From the IMG/VR virus record IMGVR_UViG_3300021121_000008, positions 1-41,367 of that record: 41,367 bases of DNA; one strand, given 5' to 3'. Below are positions 16,301-26,900 of the stretch, piece after piece. Source of the stretch: a virus. Taxonomy: Duplodnaviria; Caudoviricetes. The notes under the pieces were generated by a model. It was not told where the DNA came from and made no database searches. It was given only the letters and a program-made list of their open reading frames with translations. The first letter of the stretch is position 1. Every line of letters starts with the position of its first letter. The translations under genes were made by a program, and so were the position numbers.

Positions 16301-19300
16301 TTTGGGGCTTGACGCTTGTCAAAATTACCGCGAGCAAAAACCTCGTAGCGCAAATGGTCAGGATTCACGCTAGGCCAGTTTTTGCTATCTGTGACATTAA
16401 TCGGGGCGTCAATGGAAGCCGTGCTCGTTATGTCGTCACCGTTGGGGCGAACCTTTCGGCTCACCTGAACTTTGCCAACCCTGACACCACTTTCACCAAA
16501 AGAGTAGCCACCCTTCCCCTCATCCCCGGATTTCGGGGGTTGGGCCTCCTGCGCTTTCGGAGTCTCAACTTTCTCGACTGCGGGTTTAGTCGCAGGTTCG
16601 GGCAACTTGGGAGTAGGCGTGGGTTCGGAGGAGGTTTCTTGGACTAAGTCGCCGCCAAAATTCGGCTTTCCTCCCTCAATTCGATAAACACTTCCGTCTT
16701 TCCGCTGGTAAAGTTTCTCACCAGCCGCGTTTTGCCCAATCGGGGTATCTTCGGACGGCGTAATTGTTTCGCGGGCGGGTGTGGAGAGTTTTTCCGGCAC
16801 GAGCGAAGGGTCGGAATACTTCTGGATAAGCTCGTCAATTTTAGCCTTTCCGAAATGGTTCAACACTCTGACGGTTTCAGCCATGGCAGATTGCTGAGAA
16901 TCCTCAAGAAGTTTTCCGAGGGGGTGCGCGATGGCTTTTCCGGTCGTCGCCTCGACAACTCGCCAGCCCTGTTTCGTGCCTTTGGCTTTGTTTCCAGAGG
17001 GTTTTACCAAAGCAAGGTAATACTCCTCGAAGCCGGGAATCAAAACGCTTTTTCCAAGCGTGCCGTCTGGCAATTTCAGACTTCCGCCGGAAATCATCGG
17101 TTGCGCTACCTGCGGGGGGCTTGGACGCTTAAATTTCGCCCCCGCCCCCTTTTGAGGCACCGATTCAGCCGTAGGGGTGGCCGTCGGTTTTGAAGCCTCG
17201 GAAATAGGGGGTTCGGGGGTGGGAGATTTTAATACCGGCTCCTTAGTTAGAGGGGGGGATGGCTGGTCGAGTCCGCGCTGCTTTCGGAGTTCTGCGCGAC
17301 GAGCGTCGAGGCGATTGATGTTTTCGTCCGACGTGTCCTTGCGGACGGATTCGTTAGTCTTTGCCTTAGCGTAAACCTCCGCGCTCGTGTGCGGGTTGTT
17401 TAAAACCGACCAAGCAATCCGAGACTCTTGTGATTCAGGCAAGCCCTTCGCTGCATCCAAAATCTTGGACAATTCGGCCTCGTCTTGGGATTTGTCAGCA
17501 GACCGCTCCAAGGTATCTCCAAAGCGGCTCAAGCTCTCGTAAGGCTCAACCGACGGGATTGACGGCTTTACCGGATGACCGTATTTGCTTGCAAGGGATT
17601 CGGCAAATTCGGTGTCTTTGTCGGTCAAAATCCTGATATTTTCAGGCTCGTTTTCAGATTGAACCGGCGTCGTATCAGCAATCGCCTGCTCGACCGTCCT
17701 GATTGGCTTCACTCCCTTCGGCGCAAAAACCACATACTTGTCACCGCGCTTGGCCATCATGGCGTCATCGTCGGGGTGGTAAGTATCCACTACATGACTC
17801 GCCTCGTCCTCGGTGTCAAAAACGCCAACTGCTGGATATTCGTGAACCGGAGCACCCTTGTAAGCTGTTACGGTCAGCGGCTTGATTTTGTCTAATTCAG
17901 ATTGAACCGGCGGAGCCGCCTCGCCTACGTTAGCAACTGACGCAGGAACGTCAGCGTTCGGTCGCGGTAGCCCCGCCGGTTCGTTTTTTGCAGCCTCAAC
18001 TTCGGGTTGAGAAATGGGCGGAACAATATCGGCTGTTTTAGCTTTTCCGCGAGTCTTTGCGGGGGCTGTAACAGCTTCTAAATACTTGTTTTCAAATTGT
18101 TCGATTTTTGAAAGATGGTCGTAAAACGGTTCAGTCTCATCATGCCTCCCCTCCGCCTCAAGCCGTCCAATAATTCCATTCAGCAATCGCTTAACCGTAG
18201 GCACAGATTCGAGTGCGCCGTATTGCTGGGAAAGCGCGGCGTCTTTTTTTGATGCGGTCTTGCTTACGGCGTCAATCAATTTTAGCGATGTTGGGTCGGG
18301 TTGAAAGCCGGACTTGCGAATTTGTTCACGCAATGCGGAAATAGTGTCACCCAATTCCTGCATGGCCCCCGGCAAATCTTCCGGGCTTAATCCTTTCGGT
18401 GTGGCGACAGGCTGCGCCGGATTAGTTTGTTGCTGCTGAATTGCGGCGGGCGCGGAAGGCCGGTCTTTTAACTGACGCTTAAACGGCTCAAACCCGGCGT
18501 CGGACGCTTTGGTTTCAGCGTTGTGCGGAAGTTCTATAATTTTACTACCCTTCAACTGCGGCACTTCCAAAATTGGGCGACCATCTTCATCAATCCGAAT
18601 CGTTCCGACTTGTTTGTTCCAAATGCCCAGCTTTCCAGCCATTGCGCTAAGTGGTTCATTCGACGGCTCGGTTTCCAAACGGCGACGTTGCTCATCGTCT
18701 GCTTTTTTCTGAGCTTTGGCAAGGTCGGTTGAGTGAAGCTCTTTTGTGGTTCCCGGCGGATTTCCCTGAGATTCATCAAATTTAACGGCGGCTTGGGAGC
18801 GGTTGTGAATGTTTCCAGAGTCATCCTGAAAAACGTGGTTCGCGTCGTCCTTTAAAGCCTCCTGCGCGGCTTCGGGGTCGGGCGCGTTTTTCGCAACCTC
18901 GTCGTGCGAGTCGCCGCCGGTTACGATTTGGTCGCCAACTTTGAGCGCGGGATAAAGGCCGGTAGGCTTGGCTCCGGCGGGCAGGCTCAAAACCTTGCCG
19001 CTGACCGGAGGCGGCGGGGTCGCGTTGACTCCGGCTCCGCGAGGGACGTATTTACCAATGAGCGCGGCGGCAGTCTGCTTTGCGTTGCCAATCTCGTGCT
19101 TCACGCCAAGGCCACCGAAAACCACTTGTTGCAAGCCATCCGACCAAAGGCTCGTTATTTTGTCTTGGTCGCGTTCGCTGGCAGGTTTTTGGTATTCATC
19201 ATACAACGCCTTGGCCGTGCCGGGAGCGTGGTAAATCATGTCTGCCGTAAACCCACGAGCTATGAGGCTTTGCGCCGCTTTCGGCAATGCACCAATGCCA

Positions 19301-19824
19301 AGCATAGGGGCCATTTCCGCCGTCCCCTTGGACAGCTTTGCGGCGACTCCCAAAACAGGGTTGGACTTCGACAAATCGGCAATGTATTTGTCTGTAACAT
19401 CGGAGGCAGAAACGTCACCCTGTCCGAGAGCGGCATTTGCCGCCATGCTCCAAGCCTGATAGGGGATTTTACCAACCTCGCCAAGCATTGTCGCAGCCGC
19501 GCCGGGAATGGACTTAACGAATCCAGCGGGGTCTTTTGCAATAGATGCCATGAAATCCGTTCCGGGCTGCATACCGGGGTCTTTCAGGCCAGTCTTTAAA
19601 AAAATGTCCTCGGTCGGTGAGGTTTTCAGAGTCGGAAACTGAGAATTGACCGGAGCAGGATTACTGACAGGGATGTCGGTTTGAACCGGCTTGCGCTGCG
19701 CGACGGGATTCACCATCACGCCGCCGGGCCGCATCGCCGCGCTTGTTACCGTGCCGGTGGGGGCGTCAAACTCGTCAAACGGGTTGCCGCTTTGGTCGAA
19801 CTCATCGAAAGGGTTTTTGGCCAT
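13330..19824 (-). CDS. Large internal virion/DNA ejection protein (2164 aa)
   Basis: NPFDEFD repeats at the N-terminus, P/E/K-rich linkers, helical C-terminal domain; third of three genes after adaptor/nozzle as in podoviruses. Confidence 0.7.
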   Translation of the reverse strand: MAKNPFDEFDQSGNPFDEFDAPTGTVTSAAMRPGGVMVNPVAQRKPVQTDIPVSNPAPVNSQFPTLKTSPTEDIFLKTGLKDPGMQPGTDFMASIAKDPAGFVKSIPGAAATMLGEVGKIPYQAWSMAANAALGQGDVSASDVTDKYIADLSKSNPVLGVAAKLSKGTAEMAPMLGIGALPKAAQSLIARGFTADMIYHAPGTAKALYDEYQKPASERDQDKITSLWSDGLQQVVFGGLGVKHEIGNAKQTAAALIGKYVPRGAGVNATPPPPVSGKVLSLPAGAKPTGLYPALKVGDQIVTGGDSHDEVAKNAPDPEAAQEALKDDANHVFQDDSGNIHNRSQAAVKFDESQGNPPGTTKELHSTDLAKAQKKADDEQRRRLETEPSNEPLSAMAGKLGIWNKQVGTIRIDEDGRPILEVPQLKGSKIIELPHNAETKASDAGFEPFKRQLKDRPSAPAAIQQQQTNPAQPVATPKGLSPEDLPGAMQELGDTISALREQIRKSGFQPDPTSLKLIDAVSKTASKKDAALSQQYGALESVPTVKRLLNGIIGRLEAEGRHDETEPFYDHLSKIEQFENKYLEAVTAPAKTRGKAKTADIVPPISQPEVEAAKNEPAGLPRPNADVPASVANVGEAAPPVQSELDKIKPLTVTAYKGAPVHEYPAVGVFDTEDEASHVVDTYHPDDDAMMAKRGDKYVVFAPKGVKPIRTVEQAIADTTPVQSENEPENIRILTDKDTEFAESLASKYGHPVKPSIPSVEPYESLSRFGDTLERSADKSQDEAELSKILDAAKGLPESQESRIAWSVLNNPHTSAEVYAKAKTNESVRKDTSDENINRLDARRAELRKQRGLDQPSPPLTKEPVLKSPTPEPPISEASKPTATPTAESVPQKGAGAKFKRPSPPQVAQPMISGGSLKLPDGTLGKSVLIPGFEEYYLALVKPSGNKAKGTKQGWRVVEATTGKAIAHPLGKLLEDSQQSAMAETVRVLNHFGKAKIDELIQKYSDPSLVPEKLSTPARETITPSEDTPIGQNAAGEKLYQRKDGSVYRIEGGKPNFGGDLVQETSSEPTPTPKLPEPATKPAVEKVETPKAQEAQPPKSGDEGKGGYSFGESGVRVGKVQVSRKVRPNGDDITSTASIDAPINVTDSKNWPSVNPDHLRYEVFARGNFDKRQAPKKTEKVWRVYNPKTKETVATGLSFNDAVVFAKTEMVRRNFEKPEPTQPIPQGPGAKAEPEIKGMGGAVPGEPPPNQKYRVSSQGPQLHTLVEKLHATPVEIANGEQPVRVRNEKTGAEFTTLEKDLTPVKEATEPKPKVEKESLDDQLRSVGLDPSVFPDAKSKQAALKRQEAIKPRFGKGGPGAAAGGEPGTYSAIQQMSDNLRATAGADKPLDEQVSAIQKAKDKLADIKDYFKKSAATVKAVADALWNRYRSVPEFGDEKRAVGKWFAAVQQADHEARQFAKQIIKEVPDKLRREAITNWIQADGDTALLKERESASEGSLKRGYQIAQNLTDREKYIAQSIREYYDRQLENGIEAGLLKDGLEQYITQVWEKENPITKKLLSDLSYGKLTPNFRFARKRIFDSYFEGEQAGYTPQKDAGFLVANYDQTFNRALAARAFIKDLHEAKASDGRPLVELSGSGRKIEGDAGGGGTRLIRPHAKPEELKDYQPINHPALRGWKFAGTEPDGTTILQEGDMLVHPEAYNKLLNRLSVSKIRKNPVGRAVLRLQGGIKQNMLSLSGFHQVQEGLHALGHRVNPTNLEPVDFSEPVTKALSEHGLQLADYNALADFGEGLAGGGLSTKLPVVGPRLHAYNEWLFQDYIPRLKLKMAKVTLDRNRQHYPNMSEDQLLELSAGQANSAFGELPYKYWGRNPTLQDFWRTVLLAPDFLESRARFVGGALRKGQGHEQLMALGLLAVTQYMTARIVNQILDKDPHWEMKNAFKIIVGGHSYGLRSIPGDILHLVSDPRGFVFNRIAPVTRVAFEAITGRDDRGVKRDFMGQVKDALQMPVPLPLKSKRGQSWWEQFMNSFGVQEQRYDAVQNIDQKIADWKKSNGITSPVDIVYDAEKDKFAALRAYLENGDRAGAQKEYDRLKTQIPPQQIAKHFKQSLERPLTGSKANDAKFYQSLDEAGKDEFKQAKALKDARYHMVLELNSNGTPFDAFSVKP

Positions 19825-19829
19825 GCGTC

Positions 19830-19858
19830 AGACAATGGGTGATTTTACAGATTTTGTC
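19830..19858 (-). promoter_or_regulatory. Promoter candidate TTGACA-N17-CATTGT, 7 nt before ATG (leaderless)
   Basis: Minus strand reads TTGACAAAATCTGTAAAATCACCCATTGTCTGACGCATG. Confidence 0.55.
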
Positions 19859-19867
19859 AAGTCGCAC

Positions 19868-20863
19868 TTAGGGCAGGTACTGGTCGGCGGCTCCGTCTCC
19901 GTATTTCTGGTTGAAGTAGTCAGCCAAACTGGGGTCTTGCTGCAAACGCTTGATGGCGGCAGGCGGGATGAATTTCTTGGCTGGCGCGGTCGGTGCCGGT
20001 GCCGCCGGAGCGGGATTCGCCGCATTGAAAGCTGCCGCCGGGCTATTAGTGGACGCAGAGCCGGGAAGGTAGTTACCACCCGCCCACATGCCTTTGCCGG
20101 GCACTTCGGTGCCAACGGGAATCTCCGGGCCAGCGACACCCGGCGCGTTGCCCGGAGTGCTCACAACCGGGGCTGGCTGGCCCATAGGCGCACCGGCAGG
20201 GGAAGTCATGGGTGTCGGGATACCGGCGGCAGGCGGAGGCGTAGCGGCTCCCACGGCGGCGGCGAGGTCTTGGCGGAATTTATTGATGGCCGTAACCTTG
20301 TCCGCGTCGGCAATCGAAGCGTCGGCCAGCACGTCTTTGGCGCGGAGATTCGTGATGTCCGCAATCATTCGCTGCGTGTTGCTGTCCGACTTGCCGCCGT
20401 TTTGGGCCTGATACTGCCTTAGCTCCAAAGTCTTTTGCGCGATTTCGTTTTTAGCCCCACGATAATCTTGCAAGCCCTGATTCGCCTTGGCGCGGAGGTC
20501 GAGCGCGGCGGCGGCTTGCTGGGCTTTCTGGTCAATTTCTTGCTGCTTTTGGCTTAACTGCATCTGCTTGTAAGCCTGCGCGATATTCTGCTGCTGCATG
20601 TCGCGCATGATTTGCTGCTTTTGAAGCTGAACCTGCGCGGCGGCAGCGGCACGGGCGGCAGCTTGCTGCTGGGCGTGCTCGCGGACGGCTTGGACTTGCG
20701 CGGCCTGAATCTGGGCGCGTTGGGCCTGCGCTTCTTGTAACGCCTGCTGATGGGCCTGCGCCTCCATGTCGAGCGAACGGGCGCGTTGACCGGCGGACAC
20801 GCCTGACTCTGCGGCGGCGGTGTACGAACCGGGTGTTACGTCAAGCCAAGGAGGAATTTGCAT
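19868..20863 (-). CDS. Putative ejection/DNA transfer protein (Q/A-rich coiled coil)
   Basis: Composition, position, C-terminal 'F.QKYG.GAA' motif seen in phage ejection proteins. Confidence 0.6.
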   Translation of the reverse strand: MQIPPWLDVTPGSYTAAAESGVSAGQRARSLDMEAQAHQQALQEAQAQRAQIQAAQVQAVREHAQQQAAARAAAAAQVQLQKQQIMRDMQQQNIAQAYKQMQLSQKQQEIDQKAQQAAAALDLRAKANQGLQDYRGAKNEIAQKTLELRQYQAQNGGKSDSNTQRMIADITNLRAKDVLADASIADADKVTAINKFRQDLAAAVGAATPPPAAGIPTPMTSPAGAPMGQPAPVVSTPGNAPGVAGPEIPVGTEVPGKGMWAGGNYLPGSASTNSPAAAFNAANPAPAAPAPTAPAKKFIPPAAIKRLQQDPSLADYFNQKYGDGAADQYLP

Positions 20864-20866
20864 AAA

Positions 20867-21574
20867 TCAATTAAATGCTGACATATCCCAAGGAATAATG
20901 GGCTGACTTCCTTCCGAACTGTATGTGGTGTACGGGCTGGAATAACCGCCCCCAGTGTTGCCGCTCACAAGCTGCTCGTAGTTCCCGGCGGTGAACGCGG
21001 GTTGCGCTCCGGGGAAATCGGAATAACTCGGACTCGTGTTGTAGCCTTGGCCAGCCCCGTAACCGGCGGGAGAGCGTGATTGGTTGTAGTACTTATCAAA
21101 CTGCGCCTGTTGCGCGGCGGCGGCGGCTGCCGGGTCGGGCGCGGCGGCAAGGGTCGCGTTGGACTGCGAGATGTCCGTGAGCAGGGAGGGCGAAAGCTGG
21201 GTGTTGGATAGGCCGGAAAGGAAGTTGAGGTAGTTGGATTCGCCAGTCGCCTGCAAGCCTTGGGTGGTCGTTCCGGTCAGGCTTAGGCCAATCTCGTTGG
21301 ACATCGGGCTGTTTGGCTGGCCAAGATTGACACCCCGCGCTGCGGCTTGGTTCCAGATGTTGCTCTGGGTCGAGGGCGAGATTGTCCCGGCGAGTTCGCT
21401 GCCGATGACATCCCCGGCCGCGCTGGTCAATCCGGGCAGGCCGGAATACACCGAGGAGGCTTGCTGGTAGGTGCTCGGAGGCACGGCGGTCTGGCCCGGA
21501 ACTGCGCCATAGGCACCCTGCCCGCCCGTGGGGGCAGGGGAAACATTGTAGCCCAAATATGATAGGTCTGCCAT
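20867..21574 (-). CDS. Putative ejection/pilot protein (G/S/A/Q-rich)
   Basis: Low-complexity composition and position typical of podovirus internal proteins. Confidence 0.55.
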   Translation of the reverse strand: MADLSYLGYNVSPAPTGGQGAYGAVPGQTAVPPSTYQQASSVYSGLPGLTSAAGDVIGSELAGTISPSTQSNIWNQAAARGVNLGQPNSPMSNEIGLSLTGTTTQGLQATGESNYLNFLSGLSNTQLSPSLLTDISQSNATLAAAPDPAAAAAAQQAQFDKYYNQSRSPAGYGAGQGYNTSPSYSDFPGAQPAFTAGNYEQLVSGNTGGGYSSPYTTYSSEGSQPIIPWDMSAFN

Positions 21575-21577
21575 AAT

Positions 21578-22609
21578 TCAAGTCATTCCAAGGTTTACCC
21601 GACGCGCTCCGGCCATCCCGGACGGGGCGTATTTAACCGAGAATTGCTGAATCGGAAAGCGGCTGTTCACCTGCGCAATGAGTCGGCGGAGGGCGGTCTT
21701 TTCGTACTTGTCGCCCGCAACTTCGTCGCCGCCTTCACGGGCGCGGAGGCTTTGAATCATGCTCTTGATGGCATCAGGGTTGTCTATGATGATGATGTCA
21801 GCGGGATTGGCAACCGGCGTAAAGGCAAGGCGGACGAGAGCGGAAATCTTGCGCGGGACTTTGCCGAGGTTGTTCGCGTTCGTGCTGCCGTCCATCCGGG
21901 CGAGCTTGGAATACAGGAACGCTGGGTTCACGTCGCCGGGATTGTAGAGTGCCAGCAACGCTCCGGGGGTGCTGTTGGCGTAGGTGAAAAGCCGGACGGT
22001 GCCGTTCGTAACCGGCTTGCTCACCGCTTCCACCGAGGACATCGGCACGGGCGTGACGTTGATTTGGTCTGCGGTCGGATTGATAGTCAGGACGACGCCG
22101 CGCTGGTTCACGCCGTTTTGAGCCGAGGTCACTTCTTGGCCGGAGTAGTCTTTGCCGTAAATCGTGATTTGGGTTCCGGTATCCACCGAGCTACCCGCGA
22201 CCATTATTTGCGTCGGGTTGGACTGGATGGAATAAAACAGGCATGTCGTTCCCTTGAACTCCATCACGGAGTCGCGCCCATTGCAATGCCACCAGCTTTG
22301 CGCGTAATCGTAATGCTCGTGACGCGGCTCGGTGTATTCAAACCAGCCGTTGCGGACAGGCATCCCACCACGGCAATCGTGCATCCCGAGGACGGCGGAC
22401 ACGTTCGAGGGCCAGACGAAACAATTATCGTAGGCCATGCCGTCAATAGCTTGCACCGTACCCCACCAGCCCCAATCGTTTTGTCCGCCAAGGTCAAGCA
22501 GGATGCGGCAGGCGTCGTTGACGTAGGCGATGAACTGCGACGACGTAGGGGCAACCCCGGCCACGTTTGGAATCGTGGTCGAGTTTTGTAAATAGGCCAG
22601 CGTCAGCAT
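21578..22609 (-). CDS. Putative head-tail adaptor (tail tubular A-like)
   Basis: N-terminal 'I.YVNDAC..LL' helix and C-terminal helical hairpin; location in tail module. Confidence 0.55.
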   Translation of the reverse strand: MLTLAYLQNSTTIPNVAGVAPTSSQFIAYVNDACRILLDLGGQNDWGWWGTVQAIDGMAYDNCFVWPSNVSAVLGMHDCRGGMPVRNGWFEYTEPRHEHYDYAQSWWHCNGRDSVMEFKGTTCLFYSIQSNPTQIMVAGSSVDTGTQITIYGKDYSGQEVTSAQNGVNQRGVVLTINPTADQINVTPVPMSSVEAVSKPVTNGTVRLFTYANSTPGALLALYNPGDVNPAFLYSKLARMDGSTNANNLGKVPRKISALVRLAFTPVANPADIIIIDNPDAIKSMIQSLRAREGGDEVAGDKYEKTALRRLIAQVNSRFPIQQFSVKYAPSGMAGARRVNLGMT

Positions 22610-22629
22610 ATTTCAATAATCGTTCTTTT

Positions 22630-23964
22630 TCACGCGAAAGCAACCAGAAACGGCAAGGCGTAAAGGCTTCCGGCGACTTGGTAGAAAAATTGAACGTCAC
22701 CCGGAGTCAGACCGCCCGGATAGTAAAGTTGCATCGTGCCGGAATCCACATAGGTTACGGGCAAAGCCGTCTGCTCTGCGACTCCATAGACCATGTTTCC
22801 AGCCTGCGAGGGGTCAAAGCCGGAGCCGGTGAAGGTCAAGACACCGCCAGTCACGGCGGCAGGTTGGGGCGAAACGCCGGTAAATGTCGCTGTCGTAGCC
22901 GTGCCGGATTGTTCGGCGGATTGCGGCCCTTCGATGCCGTTGGCTACCGCCGTGACGTAATAGAAATACCCTTGCGTGTACGGCAACGGGGTATCGTTGT
23001 AGCTGTTCGTGAAAGCCTGATTGATGAGCGTCTCGCCGCCGGAGGACGTGCCGCGATAGATGTTGTACGAAGTCGCACCAGACACGGCAGGCCAAGTCAG
23101 GTTGAGGGCGTAAGGCGCGGAGCCCACGGTCAAGGCAGGCTGCGCGAGGGCGGTCGGGGTGGCGTCTGCCGGAGCAGAGTAAACGCTTTCCGAGTTGTTG
23201 ATGACCGCCGTGACGACGTATTCGGTCAACGTCGCCGGAACGCTGGGGTCGAGGTAGCTTGCCGTGCTGGAAACACCCACCGCAACGTAAGGCCCGCCCA
23301 CAGGGCCGCGATAGATTTTGTAGGACATCGCGCTCGCAACTGGATTCCATGTCAGGCTGATTTGGTAGTAACCCGTGGCAGTGGCAACCAGCGTATCCGG
23401 CGGGGGTGTCTGGGTCGGTGTCGCGCTCACTTCTCCGGTCGTGTTTTCGGTCGAGCCGCGAGCGTTGACGGTGTAAACCGTGTAAAAATACTCGGTGCCG
23501 ACGGTGACGTTAATGTCGGTATAGGACACCGAGCCAACCGCAAGGGTTTGGTAGAGCGTTTCCGCGCCGGTCGTAGTTGAACGCCAAACTTGGACTTGAT
23601 TGCGCGTGTCGGTGTTCGTCCACGTCAATGCGACTTGCCCCGCGCCTGCGGCCTCCTCCAGGTTTGCAGTGGCAGTCGGCGCGGAAGGGTCGCCGGTTAT
23701 GATGACGCCGTTTCCGGTGGAGGCAATCGCGGAATTTATTTGCGCCAGCATGACGGTGGCATCAGTGGCGTCCGTAACCGCAATCTGAATCGCATCGGGC
23801 GTTCCGCCAAGCCCGACGTTCACTTTGCCGGTGCCGTCGGCAACCCCGTCCCAAAACAGCGAGTCAATCGAATCGAGAAACACCTGAATCGGTCGTGAGC
23901 CGCTGGAAATAGCGCCGGGATTGGTTGCCCCAGCCGGAAGGAATATGTAACGTCGTGCGCTCAT
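22630..23964 (-). CDS. Virion protein with three fibronectin type III repeats and an IPT/TIG-like domain
   Basis: Three LTW...Y.IYR...SY.D...Y.Y.V.AV repeats; TGVSP....TGG..LTFTGSGF. Confidence 0.8.
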   Translation of the reverse strand: MSARRYIFLPAGATNPGAISSGSRPIQVFLDSIDSLFWDGVADGTGKVNVGLGGTPDAIQIAVTDATDATVMLAQINSAIASTGNGVIITGDPSAPTATANLEEAAGAGQVALTWTNTDTRNQVQVWRSTTTGAETLYQTLAVGSVSYTDINVTVGTEYFYTVYTVNARGSTENTTGEVSATPTQTPPPDTLVATATGYYQISLTWNPVASAMSYKIYRGPVGGPYVAVGVSSTASYLDPSVPATLTEYVVTAVINNSESVYSAPADATPTALAQPALTVGSAPYALNLTWPAVSGATSYNIYRGTSSGGETLINQAFTNSYNDTPLPYTQGYFYYVTAVANGIEGPQSAEQSGTATTATFTGVSPQPAAVTGGVLTFTGSGFDPSQAGNMVYGVAEQTALPVTYVDSGTMQLYYPGGLTPGDVQFFYQVAGSLYALPFLVAFA

Positions 23965-26900
23965 TGAGGAGTGGCGAATTGAGGTTGCGGAATTTCAACG
24001 GCGGAAAACCTTCCACCCAAAAAAGTACACTTCCCGGTAAATACAATCAAAAGCTGGAAATTGTACCCTTCTCGCAACGGCTGATTGTTGGTTATGTCAA
24101 AAGCGTTGCCGTCTGGCTGGCCCAATCCTACACGAGGGCGGAAACCGGAATCGTTCGGCTGGTAGGCTATCGTGCTGTTGTACCACAAAGTCCATGTGGT
24201 GTTTTGGTCGGCCTTGTAAAAAACCCAGTAAGCGACCCCGCCGGAGCCGATGTTTTTGAGATAAATTTCACCATCATCCAATCGCTTGTAAATATGGTGC
24301 TGCTCCGCATTGAAAATAAACGCCGAGGTCATCGCCCATGAAACCGGGATGTTCGTGTTGTCGTTCCGCTCGTATTTATCGGGCAGGATTTGAGAAATCT
24401 GAATTTGTCCGCCCGGTGACAGGCACAAGGCAAAGCATTTGCGGGAGCCGTTGAACCAACCGGTTATGAGCTTCAAAATGTTCAACCCCTGCCATGAAAG
24501 GTTCTGGATGGATTCGGTTCCGTCGGCCAAATTGGTGACCGCTGGCCCCGACCACTGGCCTTCCCAGACTGAGGGGGTTTTACCGGCCATTGAACTGATT
24601 GGGTCGTAATTCAGCGAGGCAATGGATGCGTGAACCACCCCGCGAGGCTGCTGGGTTGGGTTGCAGGTCATCAAAGCCCGGTTTTGATAATTCACCAAGC
24701 TGCAATAGGGGAGCAGGGTCGGGTCATCGTTTTGGATAAGCCGGTTGATTTCGTTGCTGATCGGAGTGTTGCCCCAGCGGTTGAAATCCAGCGTGGCCAT
24801 AAGCATGGACTGGACGCCGCCGTCGGACAGGCGGAAAATCAAGTCGCTGTTCGATTGGAGCACCGCGTCCTGACTGATGCCGCCGGAGCCAATCAGGCCG
24901 TCCGTCACAATCGGGCTGGAAAGGGTCGCCCAAGTCGTCGCGTCGGATGGTGCCTGACACGAAAACACGGTGTCATCGGTGAAAATTTGCAACGGCCCCT
25001 GACCGAGCGAGACGGATAGCTGGGCGCAGAATTGCATCGCCCGGATTTGCTCGCCCGCCCCGCTGATTTTGAAAGTGGTGCCGTTGGCTAAGGCGTAATT
25101 TTGAGACACTTTTAAAACCGCGTCCGAAAAACCGTATTCATCCGACCCGCCGGATGAGCCGACAATATCGCTGGCAACAAATGAATTGCAGTTCGTCCCA
25201 TCCGTAACCGCCATCCAGTTACGACCCATTCCGTAGCAGCCCATGCGACCCTGCGGAAGCTCCGGCAATGCGTAAATAGGAGTTCCTGCCGCCACGTCGT
25301 TCCCGGCGGTGTCGTTGATGTTTTGGAGAGTGATAGAGGGGGATGTTCCGGTTGAACCGGAGCCGCCCGACACGGACACAACGTAAAACAGGTCGGTGGC
25401 AATCAGGCTTGTAACCGAGCTTTTAACCTGAATCTGAATCACGTCGCCAACCGCCGCCGTGTTGTTTTGAACCGGAGTCCCGCCGGTCGCGCTGGTGGCG
25501 GTGCTTACCGGAATCGCGGTGAAAGTTTGGCCCTGATACGACGCCGGAGGATAATTCCCGACCGATGCCGTTGACGCCGTTCCCGAAGTTTTTTGAACGA
25601 TGCTGTTCAGCGTCGGATTTGTTGTAATTGGTATGGATGAAACCGTCGGCGTGTTTAGCATGTAACACTTCACGACGTACGCGCTGACTGCGTTGACGAC
25701 GTAAAGCTGTGCCGGGATGTGCGTCGAATCGTTCTGGCCGACTTGCAGCGTATCACCAGCCACAAAGCTGTTGGCCTGCGAAAGCGTCAGGGTGAATTGA
25801 TTGGCCTGCGCCCCGTACGTTCCGTTGGTGGAACTGGTGACAACGGCAATGATGTTTTGAGTCCCGCCGCCGGTCGGAGTTGAGAAAAATTGAACTATTT
25901 TACCGACCGGCAAACTAACGTCGCTGGTCAGCACTATGGCCATCCCGTCGGATACGTTTACGTTAGGCGTTTGTGCGGTTACGGTGCCGTAGGTTGTGCT
26001 GCCGGTGCCTTGGCTGTTTTGAACAAGGCAGTTCGTCGGGATGGTCGCGCCAACGCCGGAAACGGTTTGACAGGTGATTACCCCGCCAGAACCAACCCCG
26101 CTCGCAACCACCGACAAAGTCGCAATCGTCGTGTTTGACGAATTTAAAAGGACGAGTTGATTTCCATCGGAAATTACCGGAGACGTGTCGGAAAGCGTCA
26201 GCACAATCTGGTTGGCAACCGACGGAGAATAAAGAAGCTGGTTGTTTCCCGAAAATGTGGCGGACGAATCACCTCCGGTTGATGGTATGGTCACAGTGCC
26301 GCAATAGATGTTGGAGCTTCCCGATGCCGATGTGACGTTACAAACACACGCAGTTACGCCTTGGTACGCGGTGAATGTTACGCTTGTGACGGTGAGAACC
26401 GCCCCGCCGCAAGAAAGCAGGCTTCCGACGTTAATATAGGCCAGAGATGTCGAGCCGTAGTATTGCCCATGTACATTTGTTGCGGTGTGCGGCGGGATTG
26501 TAAGCGAAACCCCGGAGGCGTAGGATGCCGCAACCGGCAGCGGCGGAACGACCGTTGTTGCCGTCCCGTTTGCCGTGGCTGATTGAATCACGCCGCAGTA
26601 TTGGAAAAATCCGGTCAGGAAAGTTTCGTCGGGGGTGATGGTCGAGGCCTGCACCGAGGCGGGCTGCAAGATTTTGATGGCGATTTGAGTAAGGCCGGAA
26701 GTTCCGCCGCTGGGAGTCGGTGGCCAAGTGGTTCCTGTCCAGTTCGCCGACGCCACGCTCACATTCGCCGCCGACAGAATCGCGCCACAGTATTGGGTGC
26801 TGGTTTTCAGCGCGGGGGTGGGCGCAATTACCGAGTCACCTATGGTGTCGCTGCTGTTGCCGGTCAACTGCAACAAAACCAATGTTGCCAGCCCGCCAGC

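Noticed and set aside
21644-23580. 315-aa and 337-aa + strand ORFs opposite the adaptor and Fn3 genes
   Set aside because: Antisense shadows; the - strand proteins carry the recognisable motifs
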